DNA of 63,679 bases from Rotaria socialis. Taxonomy: Eukaryota. The notes below the pieces were generated by a model. That model made no database searches and was not told the DNA's origin. It saw only the letters and a program-made list of their open reading frames with translations. Below, in pieces: positions 39,898 to 52,859 of this stretch. Positions within the stretch are counted from its first letter, which is position 1, and every line of letters starts with the position of its first letter. The DNA lies in the NCBI GenBank assembly GCA_905331295.1, contig CAJNYD010000052.1, positions 62,001 to 125,679 of the forward strand, in the 5' to 3' direction. Both the position numbers and the translations under genes were made by a program.

Positions 39898-40760
39898 TCT
39901 TCTACATTTGTGAAAGTATTCTTCGTGTACACTGTGGTCTAATGAAATTAATTGTTGTCATAAGCGTGAACTCATTTTAAAGGCTTGACTAACGTATTTA
40001 CTATTTTTCATTTTAAATATTAATAAACTCTCGTATTTCAACTATGATTCATGAATAGAAGTAAAAATAGAATCAAATTACTGATATGTTTCGTTTACTC
40101 CTATAAGTAAACCATATATTACAAAGTTATTCATAAAAAGCGAAGTAAATACCTAATGAGGATATGAAAATGCAAATTCATCGTTCATTACTATTTGATG
40201 TCTAGTTGCCAATACCACAGACTCCGAAATTAATTAAAAAATCAGTTACATAGACTTACTATATTATATTTTCATCATACTACGTACATAATTTCGAGAA
40301 ATAGTAATCCGACTAATGTAAAAAGTATTTCGCACTTGAATGCAATTGAGAATTTATTGAAAACATACAATTTCATGAAAGTATATTTCTTTTCTTGTTT
40401 ATTTTGAACCTGGAAATCAACAAGAAAAGAAATGACTCGCCTCCAGCATCATGAATTCAACTCAATTGTAAAACTTCTATAATTTCGTGAATTTCTCTGA
40501 TAAAAATATTAATGAAAATTCAAATATTTCAATATGATTTCATTCTTGTTGATACGCTGCAATTTAAAAAGTATACTAATTACGATTACGTGAAATCTAG
40601 TGACATCTTATGTTTAAACGTAACATACATAAATGAAATGATGAATTTCAGTTAAAGTCTGCCAATCAAAACATTATTTATTTCAAAAAGGAGTGAATTG
40701 TATTGTGTGTTACCATCATTCTTCCTAAATTCCCATGTGCTTAAAAGTTTTATTTTTCAG

Positions 40761-42571
40761 ATGAGTAACTTATTGTTTAAACTATGTTCTATATGTGTGG
40801 AAGAGAACCTGCAGAAACCAAAAATGGGTATTCATTCATTCATGTCATGGTTGTCAAGTGTCATTTTGTTTGGCACATCTCACCAACCATAGAGCAGAAC
40901 TTTTAGAAAAACTTGATTCAGTTATTATTCGACGAGATGAATTCTTCGAATCAATATTTACAAATATGAACAAGAATAATGAAAATATTGAAAAAGTGCT
41001 ACAAATAGTTGATGAGTGGGAAACAAAAATGCATGAATCTGTGTGAGTATACTGAAGGTAATTTAATTTTTACTTAGAAAATAGTTTTAAAAACAGTAGA
41101 GTATTTCGATGAATCTTATTTTTATAAAATTATAATTACGCTTTATTTGAATAGCTTGGAATGATAATGATTTCTTATTTCATATTGAAATAATTCATAA
41201 GTAGCTTAGCTATCAAAGACATGACAATAAAAAAGCGAATAGATGTTAATTTAGTACATCAATACAATTATTTCTCGATGATTGATCTAATAAAACTCGA
41301 TGTGGATGCAATAGTAAAAATTCATCTATAGAGAATAGGCTCACGATTTGTTTACTAAGCATAAGAAATATGAGTGGCATTTTAGAAAGAGTCTAAGATT
41401 AAATTTTTTCATAATCTGTTTTCTTATGAACATAAATCAAGTTGCTGAACAGAATCGTGGTAATATTCGTTTGGAATTTACTAGACAATTGAATGAAATA
41501 AAAATGCAATATGACGAATTTACAAAAGAATTGACAGAAACACGTGAAAATGATCAATTTTTTGAGAATGATGTCGAACAATTATCAGCTAAGCTAGAAC
41601 AATTCAAGAAAGAAATTCATCAAATCAACATTCATCTTCAATTGACTTCAGACGATCCTATGGATTGGTCTCGATCAGTTCGCGTTGAAAAACCTGTAGT
41701 ATCCCATCTGAATAATTCCCAATTATTGTTCGAACGACAAGTCATTTCATTACATGATAGAAATTGTTTTTTCTTGTCTGCATCCGATACATATATATTA
41801 GCTTACATATTAAGCATTAATAGAAATGAAAATCGTCTCGTTCTCTATAATATTTCTGATGGCAGTGAACTTTGTTATCATGAACTTGATGTTCGATTTG
41901 GTAATGTCTGTGATATGATCTATACTGAAAAGTTGAATTGTTGTTTTCTTGTTGTATGTCGACAAGTGATTCTTATTTATAATCCTCAACGAAAGATGCT
42001 TACTATTCTATCAGAAATAAAACCAATTGATGAACATCCATTTTGGTCAATAACTGTTTCATCAAATACAAATGATGCGTTCGTTAGCTTGGATAGTAAT
42101 GGTTACATTGAACGATGGTCAACAGAGACACATCCAAATTGGAAATTAATTAAGCGTTGGAATACTAAAGATATTATCAAAAATTCTGATGAAGGTATTC
42201 GAATGGTTCGAATGTTTGCCAATAAAAATCAATTAACTATTATTATACTTCAACAAGATAAACATTGGCGTTTTGATTCATTTGATCTTAATTTGCAGTT
42301 AATTATTCGTGGTCAAAAATGAAATATTTCATGTGAAATAGACAAACCAGGTTTTGGTAGTCGTCTAGTAGGTTTACCTGGTGATAATGATGATGCATGG
42401 CTATTGACAGAAAGAACAACTAGTTCATTATGGTATGTCAATGGTTCAACATCGAAACAAATTGATAAATATGTTCATAGTGCATGCTTAATAATCAATG
42501 ACAATCAACAAGGAAAAATTGCTGTTAGCTATAATAATGAACCGAAAAGGATCGAAACATTTAATCTCTAG
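40761..42571 (+). pseudogene. B-box-like Zn finger + coiled coil + propeller-like protein with a frameshift and a premature stop
   Basis: CSIC..GIHS/CHGCQVSFCLAHLTNHR is broken by an ATTC repeat at ~40830. An in-frame TGA at 42320 is followed by open coding-like sequence to TAG at 42571. Confidence 0.7.
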
Positions 42572-45205
42572 ATTTTACATCTTATCGAAATCTATTTAAA
42601 GCGAAATTTATCTGATATTTTATTTTCTCAAATATTTTTTAGACGATAAAAATCTAAACAATGAAGCATTCATCTTCAGATATTCATCTACAATCGCCGA
42701 ATAATGATGACAAATTATATCAAGCATCAAATGCAAAAATTGCTCGCCGCTTGTCGCCTCAATCTGAACATGATCACGAAGAAAAAAACAATTATTCTAA
42801 ATAAACAACAGCACCGGATTCGTGCGTTGTACGGCAAGCTTTGCTCTGCTTTTTGGATGGTATTTTTTCTCTATAATCCGAGAAATTTTCTTTATAAAAA
42901 TCAAATCTAGTAAACAAAAGAAATTGAACAGTTAATGCTTAGACCTCTATTTTTATCTTAGCTTTATAAAAATGAAACTAAGTGAAAATATCCATCATTT
43001 TTTTTACTTGAGAGTATTGAAAAATCATATCTGTATAAGAGTGAATTCAACGTGATTCTTTAGTTAAGATTAAAATCTTTCTGTTTTCATGGAAAAAAAA
43101 GATCTCAGAAAAGTATAATCAGGTAGAACCTAGCATATATTTTCTCATAGGCTATGAAAGGAACATTAGAAATAGTCTGATTATAGATTTTACAATATAC
43201 CTCGATATGATAGACAAATTGCTCTCGTCTGAAATTGTTTCACGGATTCATTATCAATAGATTCGAAAATCGAATTACTTAGAATGTTCAGTTTCTTTTT
43301 TTGATACGTCGCCATTGAAAGAATTTGTTTTGACCATAAAATAGGTTATCCCATCAAACCAATGTATGCAAAAAAAGTAAATTTCCTTCTTTATTCTCTT
43401 GAATCTTCATCATTCAGAAATAAATTAATGATATTTCACAAAATCATCATGACAAGATATTTTCCTCAGTTCAATTAATAATATTGTATGAATATTAAAC
43501 AAATAAACTGACATGTTCGATTGTTATTTTAGGAAGATCAGACATCGTATTGTTCGCCGGCTAAGTCATCAGTGCTCGGTTCATTTTCTGAACCACCAAC
43601 ATACGTAGTACATTTTCTTGATTCACATTTAACATTTCAACAAAGTTTTCAAATTTGTTCATTATTTGGTCGAGTTCGTATTCATGGATGTCATATTCGT
43701 CCTGCAACATTCTATTCAGTGTGAAACTATCGTACAAACAGCCCACTTGCCATCGAACTAATTACTTCTACGACAATGATTTCTTTGTCAGATATAAAAT
43801 CATTTATTTCCGATGCTCAATTAGCTGAAAATGCTCTTATTAATATCCAACAAAAAGGGGGTGATATACTTTTATTACGAAAAGAACCGAATAATGATTC
43901 ACTATTTATTCAAACTATACGGGAACATCAATCTTATCGAATTTTTTTTCCGAAGAATATAAATTGCCTGGAATAAACAAATGGATGCAACTAGAACAAG
44001 ATCTTTATATTCGTTTAATTGAAACGACAGATCAAACTGCTGTTATTACCCGTGAAGAATTTATTTCAACTACTGATAAAATTATTAAGCGATGGTTAAA
44101 TGAAGCTAACGAAGGTAAACTAATTTTTATTTAATTTTTTATGAACTGTATCTTTGATGGTTTTCTTTTTCTAGATGTTCCATTTGTAGTTTTAACTTGT
44201 GGTGAAAAAGATATGGGTAAATCTATATTTACTCGTTATCTGATTAATCGTGCTCTTGATCATATTAATTCGACATTTGGCTTAACATATTTTGATTGTG
44301 ACATTGGTCAATGTGAATTTACTATTGGTGACTGTTTATCTTACACTGATATTGAAACACCATTATTAGGTCCACCATGCTCCCATATAAAATCAAATGC
44401 AAAATCTGACCGTCTTCTTTATTATGGCTTTGTTTCGCCACAGCCCGCACCTGTTCGTTATTTACAATATGTTAATAGATTAAGACAATTGTGGAATATC
44501 GATCATAAGAATGCAAATAAAAAACGATCGATGATTGTAGTCAATACTATGGGCTGGGTAACCGGTAAATATGAAAAATAGACAGCTGATAACTTAGATC
44601 GCATAGAAATACACTCTACATATAAGTGAGAATTGAATTTTGATTGACTGAACAATCTTATTCGATAATATTTAAAAAATTCTACATAGTTGCGGTACGA
44701 ATCACTCAAACTGACTCAGTAGTTGTCGTATTATTACTCTTACGATGTAGTCAAATTACAAAAAGAATGTATAAAAATAGTTCCATACCATTAGCTGAAT
44801 TTTAGTTGAAGTTTTTGAATATTTGAAATTGTTTTCAAAGTTTTATTTATAATTGAATTCAAGTTTATGATGATATGTTTACTAAAGAATAGCTGATCAC
44901 CGTAAAATGCTACTATTCTTTATACTATTGAAATGATATTTTGGATGTATGTGAACGATAAGAGTTCATAATTGCAAGCATAAAAGTTTTCGTCATTTAT
45001 TTCTCTATTTATACTACTTGAAAATGCATTCTCCTTTTTACCTATCTGATCCGAATTTCATGAGAACGTTTTCAGATCTATAAAACTGAATGAAATCGAT
45101 TTAGTNNNNNNNNNNNNNNNNNNNNNNNNNNNNNNNNNNNNNNNNNNNNNNNNNNNNNNNNNNNNNNNNNNNNNNNNNNNNNNNNNNNNNNNNNNNNNNN
45201 NNNNN

Positions 45206-48200
45206 TCTTTTACAACATCTTCTAAATATTTCAATAAATTGTCACGAAAATCTTGATTTTGAATGTTTTCTTTCAACTGTGCTGGAGTGTATTCATGCTT
45301 GAGCCAAATAAGGAGATGTAAATGAAGCGATCCTCTGCCTTGACTCTCTACAGTGCCAAAATATGCTTTTGTTGGACCAAGTACACCTCCGAGCACGAGG
45401 CATTTCAAGATACTCTTTATCAAACAGTTGAAAAATTTTGCGGTGGCAACAGGATGTGTTGCGATAATTTGAGCACGTTCATAACTTGTGCGCAATACTT
45501 CTAGCAGAACCCGATCAAGATCTAGATCAATACCTGCAAAATAGAGTGCTACTGGACTATGTATGTCGGCTGGATTGATTGTTACGAAAAGGCTCGGAAG
45601 ACCGAGACTAAAACAAAGCGAGTGAATTTTTGTACGAAGAGCCGATCGTGAATGAGCAGAACCCATAACATGCCCACCAACAACTTTAATGTGCTTCATA
45701 AGCGTATTAATTCTTTCGTCGGAAACCTTTGAATAAGACGCTTTGGATATATTCAACAGAGCTGTTGCTACATCTTCAGAACTTAATGTTTCAAGAAGCT
45801 GTGCGGATTGTTGAAAATATGGTCTTGATGTCATTAGTTGGGCATGGAAGCATGCGGTACGGCGTTGTAAAATATTGAAGAGAACGAATATGAATGAGTA
45901 GTGCTCTTCAAAACGACGATCTCCGTACGAAAGAAGATATCGCACATGCTCACAAAAATTGATTTGAACTGGTCGAGAGCTGTCTTCAAGTGCACCACAT
46001 CCATAAGGAAAAAGCGTGGGAAAGACACCCAATAAAAGATTTGGATTAGAATATTCATTGGCCGGTTTGTTACCACGAGGAATCATGTATACGGGATCTT
46101 GTTCCGCACCTTCATCGGATTGGCTTTCGAGCGTTTTGTCTGACATCCGTACCTTCATTTGTCCTAAAAGGTGCTCAGCAACGTCATCAGACGAAACTGT
46201 AGTACCGTTAACATCTAAAACAGCACTAAAACACAAACAAGGGTACTTGAAAATATTAATATATCCATTTATTTTACCTAGCAGTTATTGGTACTGTTGT
46301 TGTAGTGTTGGATTCATATGCATTGGTCAAAGGATCAGGAATATAACTTGACCTTTCACTCTCAGCCGCTTCCGTATTGTTTGAAATTTCCATTGTTGCC
46401 CACAAGCACTCTGGCACATCATCATCAGGTAATTTATCGATTGTTGACTGATTAATTGTAATATATCGATACAGTGGATTGTTTTGATTAAGCCATTGGA
46501 GTGCATCATAAATTTTCTTTTTTCGAACAGTCAAAATATGTTTTAGTTGGCTTCTCTGTGGCATGCGAGATCCGACAAAAATAATTTTTAGAGAGTCACA
46601 TAAATCATCTAATTCCAATGGTAAAGTAGTAGCTATGTTAATAACATCTTGCGGAAAACTTATGCAGTTTCCTTTTAAAGCTGACTGAGCTGTGCTGGTC
46701 GAATGAAAAGGGGACTGTAATTTCACAATGCAACTGTTGTGTCGGTAAAGAGCAATAAGTCTCTGTTCAGGAATGGTTAGTCCTTGTAGTTGTTTTGGTA
46801 TATCTCCCATCCATAATTTATTGGTAGCTGAAAACTTGGGTATTTTTTCTTTCGTCAATGCTGACCAGCACTCCGTGCAAACGTCACAATGAATCAAGGA
46901 GCGTTTCTTTCTATCAACAGTTTTATATAATCCTGCTTCATAGAAAAACATACCATTTATACAAGTAAATGATTGATTATTCGTTGACGATTGAACATTG
47001 CTGTCTGAAATGAAAAAAATATCTTATCAATGCTGTAAGTTGGCGTCACGAAAAAATTAATCTACGTTTCTCTCGTCTTGATTCGCAGGGAAGTCGATAT
47101 CACCATTGCTATGAAACTTACCGTTTGAATTGAAGCTGTTAATCTCCTGAATTTTTGGAATTATGTTGTGAAGATCGGGATGTATCTTGAGTAATTCAAT
47201 CGATGGAATTTCACTTAAAGGTACATGACGAAGCTCACGCTTATAGCGACGAATATTACAGATGCCACATACACTCTCCGCTAGAGAATCCATGGACATG
47301 TGCTGTATGAAGTTCTTCAAACAGTTAACTTTGCAGTCCATATCAACTGGCTTTGGCCAATCAACGTTGGCATCTTGATTTGGTTTTCTTTTCATTACTG
47401 TTTGCTTCTGCTTGACAGTTTTCTGAAGACGCGTTGTCTTGTAAGCTACAGTTTGTTGTTGCTTGGCTTCTTCTGACACACGGGCAGCTCTTCTGGTGGC
47501 AGTTCTCTCGCGAGCTAGTACTCGTTGTTCTTCAGCTTCTATCGGCGTCGCAGTAGCTCGTTTAGCCATGCTTCTGTCAATGGCAAGTGCCCGTTGTTGT
47601 TCAACCTCTTTTGGTGTTAAGGCGGCTCTTCGTGCTGCATGTATTTCCCGATCAATAGATCGCTGTTGTTCAACTTCTTCTGATGTTAGCAGAGCTCGTC
47701 TAGCTGCACTTCTATCACGGGCAAGAGTGCGTTGTTTTTCGGCTTTCTCCTGCGTTAAGGCAGTTCTTCGTGCTGCACTTCTTTCCCTCGCAAGTGTCCG
47801 TTATCTCTCAGCTTCCTCTGGTGTAGCTGCAGCTCTCTTAGCAGCCATTATTTCACGGGCTTGTATACGTTCGTGTTCAACAATTGTGCTTTCGACGCTG
47901 GCACAAGCCTCTGCTAATTCCAGTCGACGCTTGGTGCGAGGAGTTGTAATTTCGTTGGTTGTCTTGATATCTGTTGATGGCACTTGAAATGATCGATTAT
48001 CATCATCTTCCTGATTAAATTGAGGGATTCCTACTTGAGTCAGCGAGTTATTGTTCGTTGTTGCTTTAGTTTGTGTCTGTAAGTGAAATTGTTTATTTTG
48101 TGTCTAAGGTGTTTTGCTATAAACTAGAACTTGCCGAGCCTGAGTCAGAGATTTTCGGTTGAGCTAGGTGATTTTGACTCTGAGAATTGTCTGATGGAAG

Positions 48201-49044
48201 CAAAAGTGGTACAAAATGATTAGGCGACCAGTTACCAGCATTACTACTACGTGCATCGATGTCGCTTTCGGTATGTGTCCAAAATAGACAAATTGCTTTG
48301 AACATAATGTTGCACTGAGCATGTTCAAAAGTACTACTCATGATGTGTAAATGAGGTCGATAATCAATTATGGGATATATACTTCGTATATTGCATTTGA
48401 GAACATTGCTCAATGCTGCAATTTCATAAAGCTCTGAAAATGCAAAATTGTGAGCAATGTTTTTCATGACTTCATTCAGTGGCCCAACAATATGCATAAA
48501 ACGATTGCTGTAGAAAATTTCATTCTTGACGAGTTCAATTAAAGTTCGTACTAAAAGGAACGCTGTAAAATAATTGAATGTTAACGTTGCCAGTACTTAC
48601 CTCTCAGTTCGCTAGGCGTTGATGCTGTATTTCCACTCAAGCATATGATGGAATTATAGAGGCAATTGCCATCTGCAGCTACCTCGATTGGAATCATATT
48701 TTGAACATCCAAAGATGCTTGTTGAAGATATAATTTAGCATCTTGATCTACTCTATGAATTTTTAGGTCAAAATGAGTGACGGGCGTGAACTGAATCGGT
48801 GTCAAAAGCCACTCCAACTAAATCGTCAGAATAGAATATATAAGTTAGAACATATTGTTAGTAAACTTACGGTCTCAATCTGGTGACAAATAACTTTGAT
48901 TTGATCATAGTAATTACCGACGATGGATGCTTTACCCAGTAATGTTAAAAGAGTCTCGAACATTGTAGATTGGTCTATCGTACGACAGCCTAAACAGCAA
49001 GCTGTGGTTGTCCGTTGTGCACAAAATAGGCATCGATTGTTCAT
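45206..49044 (-). mobile_element. Helitron/Helentron RepHel gene (OTU protease, 23-aa STPR-like repeats, DUF6570-like region, HUH Rep); helicase not visible, runs into gap
   Basis: OTU motifs ADGNCLYNS and NHFVPLL; repeats of the TPEEAERxRTLARERSAARR type; FPTLFPYG, LFVTINPAD and the Rep motif GTVESQGRGSLHLHLLIW. Spliceosomal introns are present, with an in-frame TAA at 47801-47803. Confidence 0.92.
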
Positions 49045-49409
49045 ATTGCTGTGTTATATACTTGATATAAAGCTAATAATATCTTCGATTTTTCGATAAT
49101 TGTATAGTATCGAATTCGAATATAACAGGTTGAATGAGTGAAAAGAGTCTAGAAGGAAATCATAGAAAAAACAGATTTGAAAATATATGATTAAGTAGAT
49201 TTTATTTAAATGGAAGTATATAATTATGGTAATTTGAAATAGTTATTAAAATGATTGTGAATTAGTTTCTAATCTAAGCGGCAAATATTGCACAAACGTA
49301 AAAGCATTCAATAAATTCAAAAAAAAACCATTATATATTGCGATCAGAGTCTGTTGCAATGCATAGCTGTGTGCAGTTTCATAGTATTTTTAACAGGCCA
49401 CATTCAATT

Positions 49410-50548
49410 TTAGTGTTTCGTGATCATGCCTGTCAAATACCACCACTGTCTGCCGTTTCCGTTGTACAAATTGCAATCATTATCGTTACAATCACATATA
49501 AGACTCGAACTAAGAGCTCTTAGCGGTGCTTGAATTTTTTCACAATGATAAGATTCTTCACTTTGCTCTAAAGATAAATTAACAAATATGCGCAAAAGAG
49601 TCAATGACGATTCCAACAGACAGATCCATCGTTGGTTAACGACAAAACCGTCAGAGTCTACGAGGCCACTCAGTTTCAGCTTTGCGAGGCATGGTATTTT
49701 TGCCACTAGTTGAATAATCCAGTTGAATGATACTTCAAGTAATCCAAGGCTGAGAGTGTGAATCATCTGGAAAATGAACGAAACTATTGATTTTTGACAA
49801 CGATCAATCAAACCGATACTGAGTAAACGAATACAGCCAAACGCCGGTAGGGAACTTGACAAGTCATTCCAGTCAACTGTAGAGCCTGAATCTATGATGA
49901 ATTGTTTTATTTCACTTTGTGCTGCGCGTAACGTGGAGACTGGGAAACTCTTTGCTAATTCATCAGTATGAATTTCTAGTCGACGCAATGAGGAAACAGA
50001 TAGAACAGTAGTCAACAGTTCTGGTAGAGATCTAATGGTAGGAGTAATAACAGTAAGTTTGTTCAATTTCGTGTTTGTTTGAGGAATATTTCTAACAATG
50101 TCTGTGACCCATTGAATTACACCAATTAACTTTAACGATCGAAGTTCTATGCAATGTTCGATAATGTTGAGACAAAAAGTGTCGTGCAGTGTAAGGGAAA
50201 TGATACTATTGAGAGGAATATGTTTTGGAAGATCTTTAATATCAACACCGAGCGTCAGTCCTCGTAAAAAGAAACGATTGTTGTCATTAAACAATACTTG
50301 ATCAGCTGCGATTGTGACAGATGCGAACGTAATAAATAAGTCTGTGATTTCAAAATACTCAAATATTTCCCTCCAAATATCACAATACAAATCGTGAATC
50401 GTGCTATATCTTTCTATAAGTAAAAAGAAGGTTATATAACGAAAAATTGTGAAAAATGTTTACCTTCAAATAGTATTTTGACTCCAGGAATCTCACAACT
50501 TCCACTGTATCTATTAACTCGCACGCATTTCGGCTGATAATCATCCAT
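49410..50548 (-). CDS. F-box/LRR-like protein immediately upstream of and co-oriented with RepHel (2 exons)
   Basis: Exon 1 MDDYQPKC..LFE|gtaaac; exon 2 STIHDLYCDIWREIFEYFEITDLF (F-box-like) followed by LRSLKL and LRRLEI leucine-rich repeats. Confidence 0.7.
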
Positions 50549-51392
50549 TTCATTAAATAATAAATATTGAATAGTCTAGTGAAAATAAAGATGACAAGTC
50601 AACAGATTTATCTGAAAACCAATAACATTATTGTTATTTTACAATGGATCAACTATCATGTAACTACAAATACAGATATACTATAAAACACAATATATTT
50701 CAGTTTTTGATAGGTTTTCAAAGTTGACTATCTAATCCCATCAGGATATATACTAACTTGTACGGGCTATACAAATTTATCGTGATGATGTAAAGCTTCT
50801 TTATATCATATTTTTATTTCGATCAGTTCATTTAGCGGCACAGGTTAGTCTATTTTTCTTCGAAATAGAGTGTGACATATGGTAAACTCATTTTCTTAAG
50901 TGTACTTGAGACATGAAAAAGTTAAAATAGATAAAAAGAGCTTATTTAAGTACAACGAAACATGATAATCCATTAAACAGTGGGCAAATCAAATTATGAT
51001 GATGATGATGATAAAAAGAACATTCACTCTGTTCAACATAACTAAAGGATTAATGCACTGTCAATTCATGAGCCAGAATATCGACAATGAGACTACACAT
51101 AGAACATGTTGATAAGTGAAACATTTCGAAAGCCATAGTGAACAGTCTTCGAAACATACATATGGATGCTTCTCCGAAAGGATACATCGGAATGTGAAGT
51201 TGAAGAGTTTGTGAAAGAGTAAATCAATATTGATGTTTCTAAATAATAATCTACAGTTTAAGACAAAAAGCAATCGTATTACATGAGAACAGTAAGTCAC
51301 AATGCATAAAATGAACGTCAATGTTTAATTATATGGTTTTCTAAGAAATAGAACAACTGCAATAACACAATAATGCATTTAAAGGTTGGTCT

Positions 51393-52510
51393 CTATTTTA
51401 TTCTTTGTCTACTTTTTCTCGAATATTGGCAATTTATTGCGGTTGCTGCTGCTGCTGCTTTTTCAAACATCAATGCCATTTCAAGCAATTCCTCATCAGA
51501 TATTTCTGGTATTGCATCGTTGCTCATGTTTGTTGAGACGACCGTGGTAGCTGCGCTTACATATTGGCACTTGTCTTTCGAAGTTTCATGATTTGCCATG
51601 GCCTTTTTTGCTTGGGTTGAAATTTCACCCGAAATACTCCGTTTGATTGTTTCAGTCAATAGTTTAGGCGTTGCCTATGATATCGATAATATAGATTTTT
51701 ATGATAACATAGATTCCTACCTTATGTTGAGAAGATGTCATATTCGAGTCAGTACCGTCGGTAGTGCTAATTGTCGATTCTAACAAATATGAGAAACCTC
51801 AAGATGTAATTAAGACGACCTTGCCTATCTCACTACTCACTTGACGGATGTGACATTTTGTATTGACGAAAAGTATCGAGATGAGTCGAGCAAGGAGTAA
51901 AGGAAATCTGCAATCAAAACGAATTATTTCATAACATTCATCTCATTTGATTTTTTTATGGTTCTGCTACTATTCGCATAAAATATTTCTGAAGCACCCT
52001 TCTGATTGTGATTGGCCCAGAAATTCTATGGAATCAATCATGCATACAATCAAACTGAACGTTGTACTAAATGAATTTCTACGACACAAAACATCTACAG
52101 TCACACAGAAGCACATCAAAAGATTAGTCTTTATTTTATTTATTGTTTCATGTCATCGATAATGATGATAGTTTATTCTTTTTGCTGCTGCTTTTCCAGC
52201 ATCAATGCCATTTCAAGCAATTCCTCATCAGATATTTCTGGTATTGCATCGTTAGTCGTGTTTTTCGAGACGAAGATGGCAGCTGCGCTCACAGATTTCA
52301 TTGGGGATGATGTTGCAGTGTCGCATAGACTCATCTTCTTTGAATTGTCATGTTGAACCATGAACGTTTTCGCTTCCATCTGTATCTCACCAGAAATACT
52401 TCGTTTAATTATTCTAGGCGATAATTCAGGTGTGACCTATGATAAAAACAGCATATATATATCATATGAGAACAAATGCGATTGTCTACCTTATCTTGGG
52501 AAGATGCCAT
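51393..52510 (-). repeat. Two diverged copies of a small ORF ending in NDAIPEISDEELLEMALM(F/L)EK
   Basis: ORFs 51393..51659 and 52173..52379 share the catcaatgccatttcaagcaattcctcatcagatatttctggtattgcatcgtt block and similar upstream sequence. Confidence 0.8.
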
Positions 52511-52859
52511 GGTGTTAGGTCCGTCGCCTTCGTTTATTTCTTTCAATCCTTCCTTTATACAAAAAACAAAAAATACAACTGAATTCAAAAACAAAAAGCA
52601 ACAAAATATGTGCTTTTTCTTTCTCTCTCTCTTCCACCAGTCGGTTCCATCTCATAACTATGATAGAGGGATAAAGATGGCCGTCTTATGTCAGGAGATG
52701 TCTCTACTGACATAACACTTCCCCCCTCCAAAAATAATTACAAAGGAACGATAAAATACGAGATAAACAATATAACAGAAGATTAATACGAAATAAAGCG
52801 TGTGAGTATGTGATGCGAGTAGATGAATTTCACGAAAGAAAAAAAACATTGTATCACGT

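Noticed and set aside
47463..47987. 174 aa Ala/Arg/Ser-rich ORF on the + strand
   Set aside because: Antisense shadow of the Helitron 69-nt repeats.
52476..52715. ORFs in both LTRs (also 57825..58040)
   Set aside because: Chance frames across LTR sequence; no env-like features.
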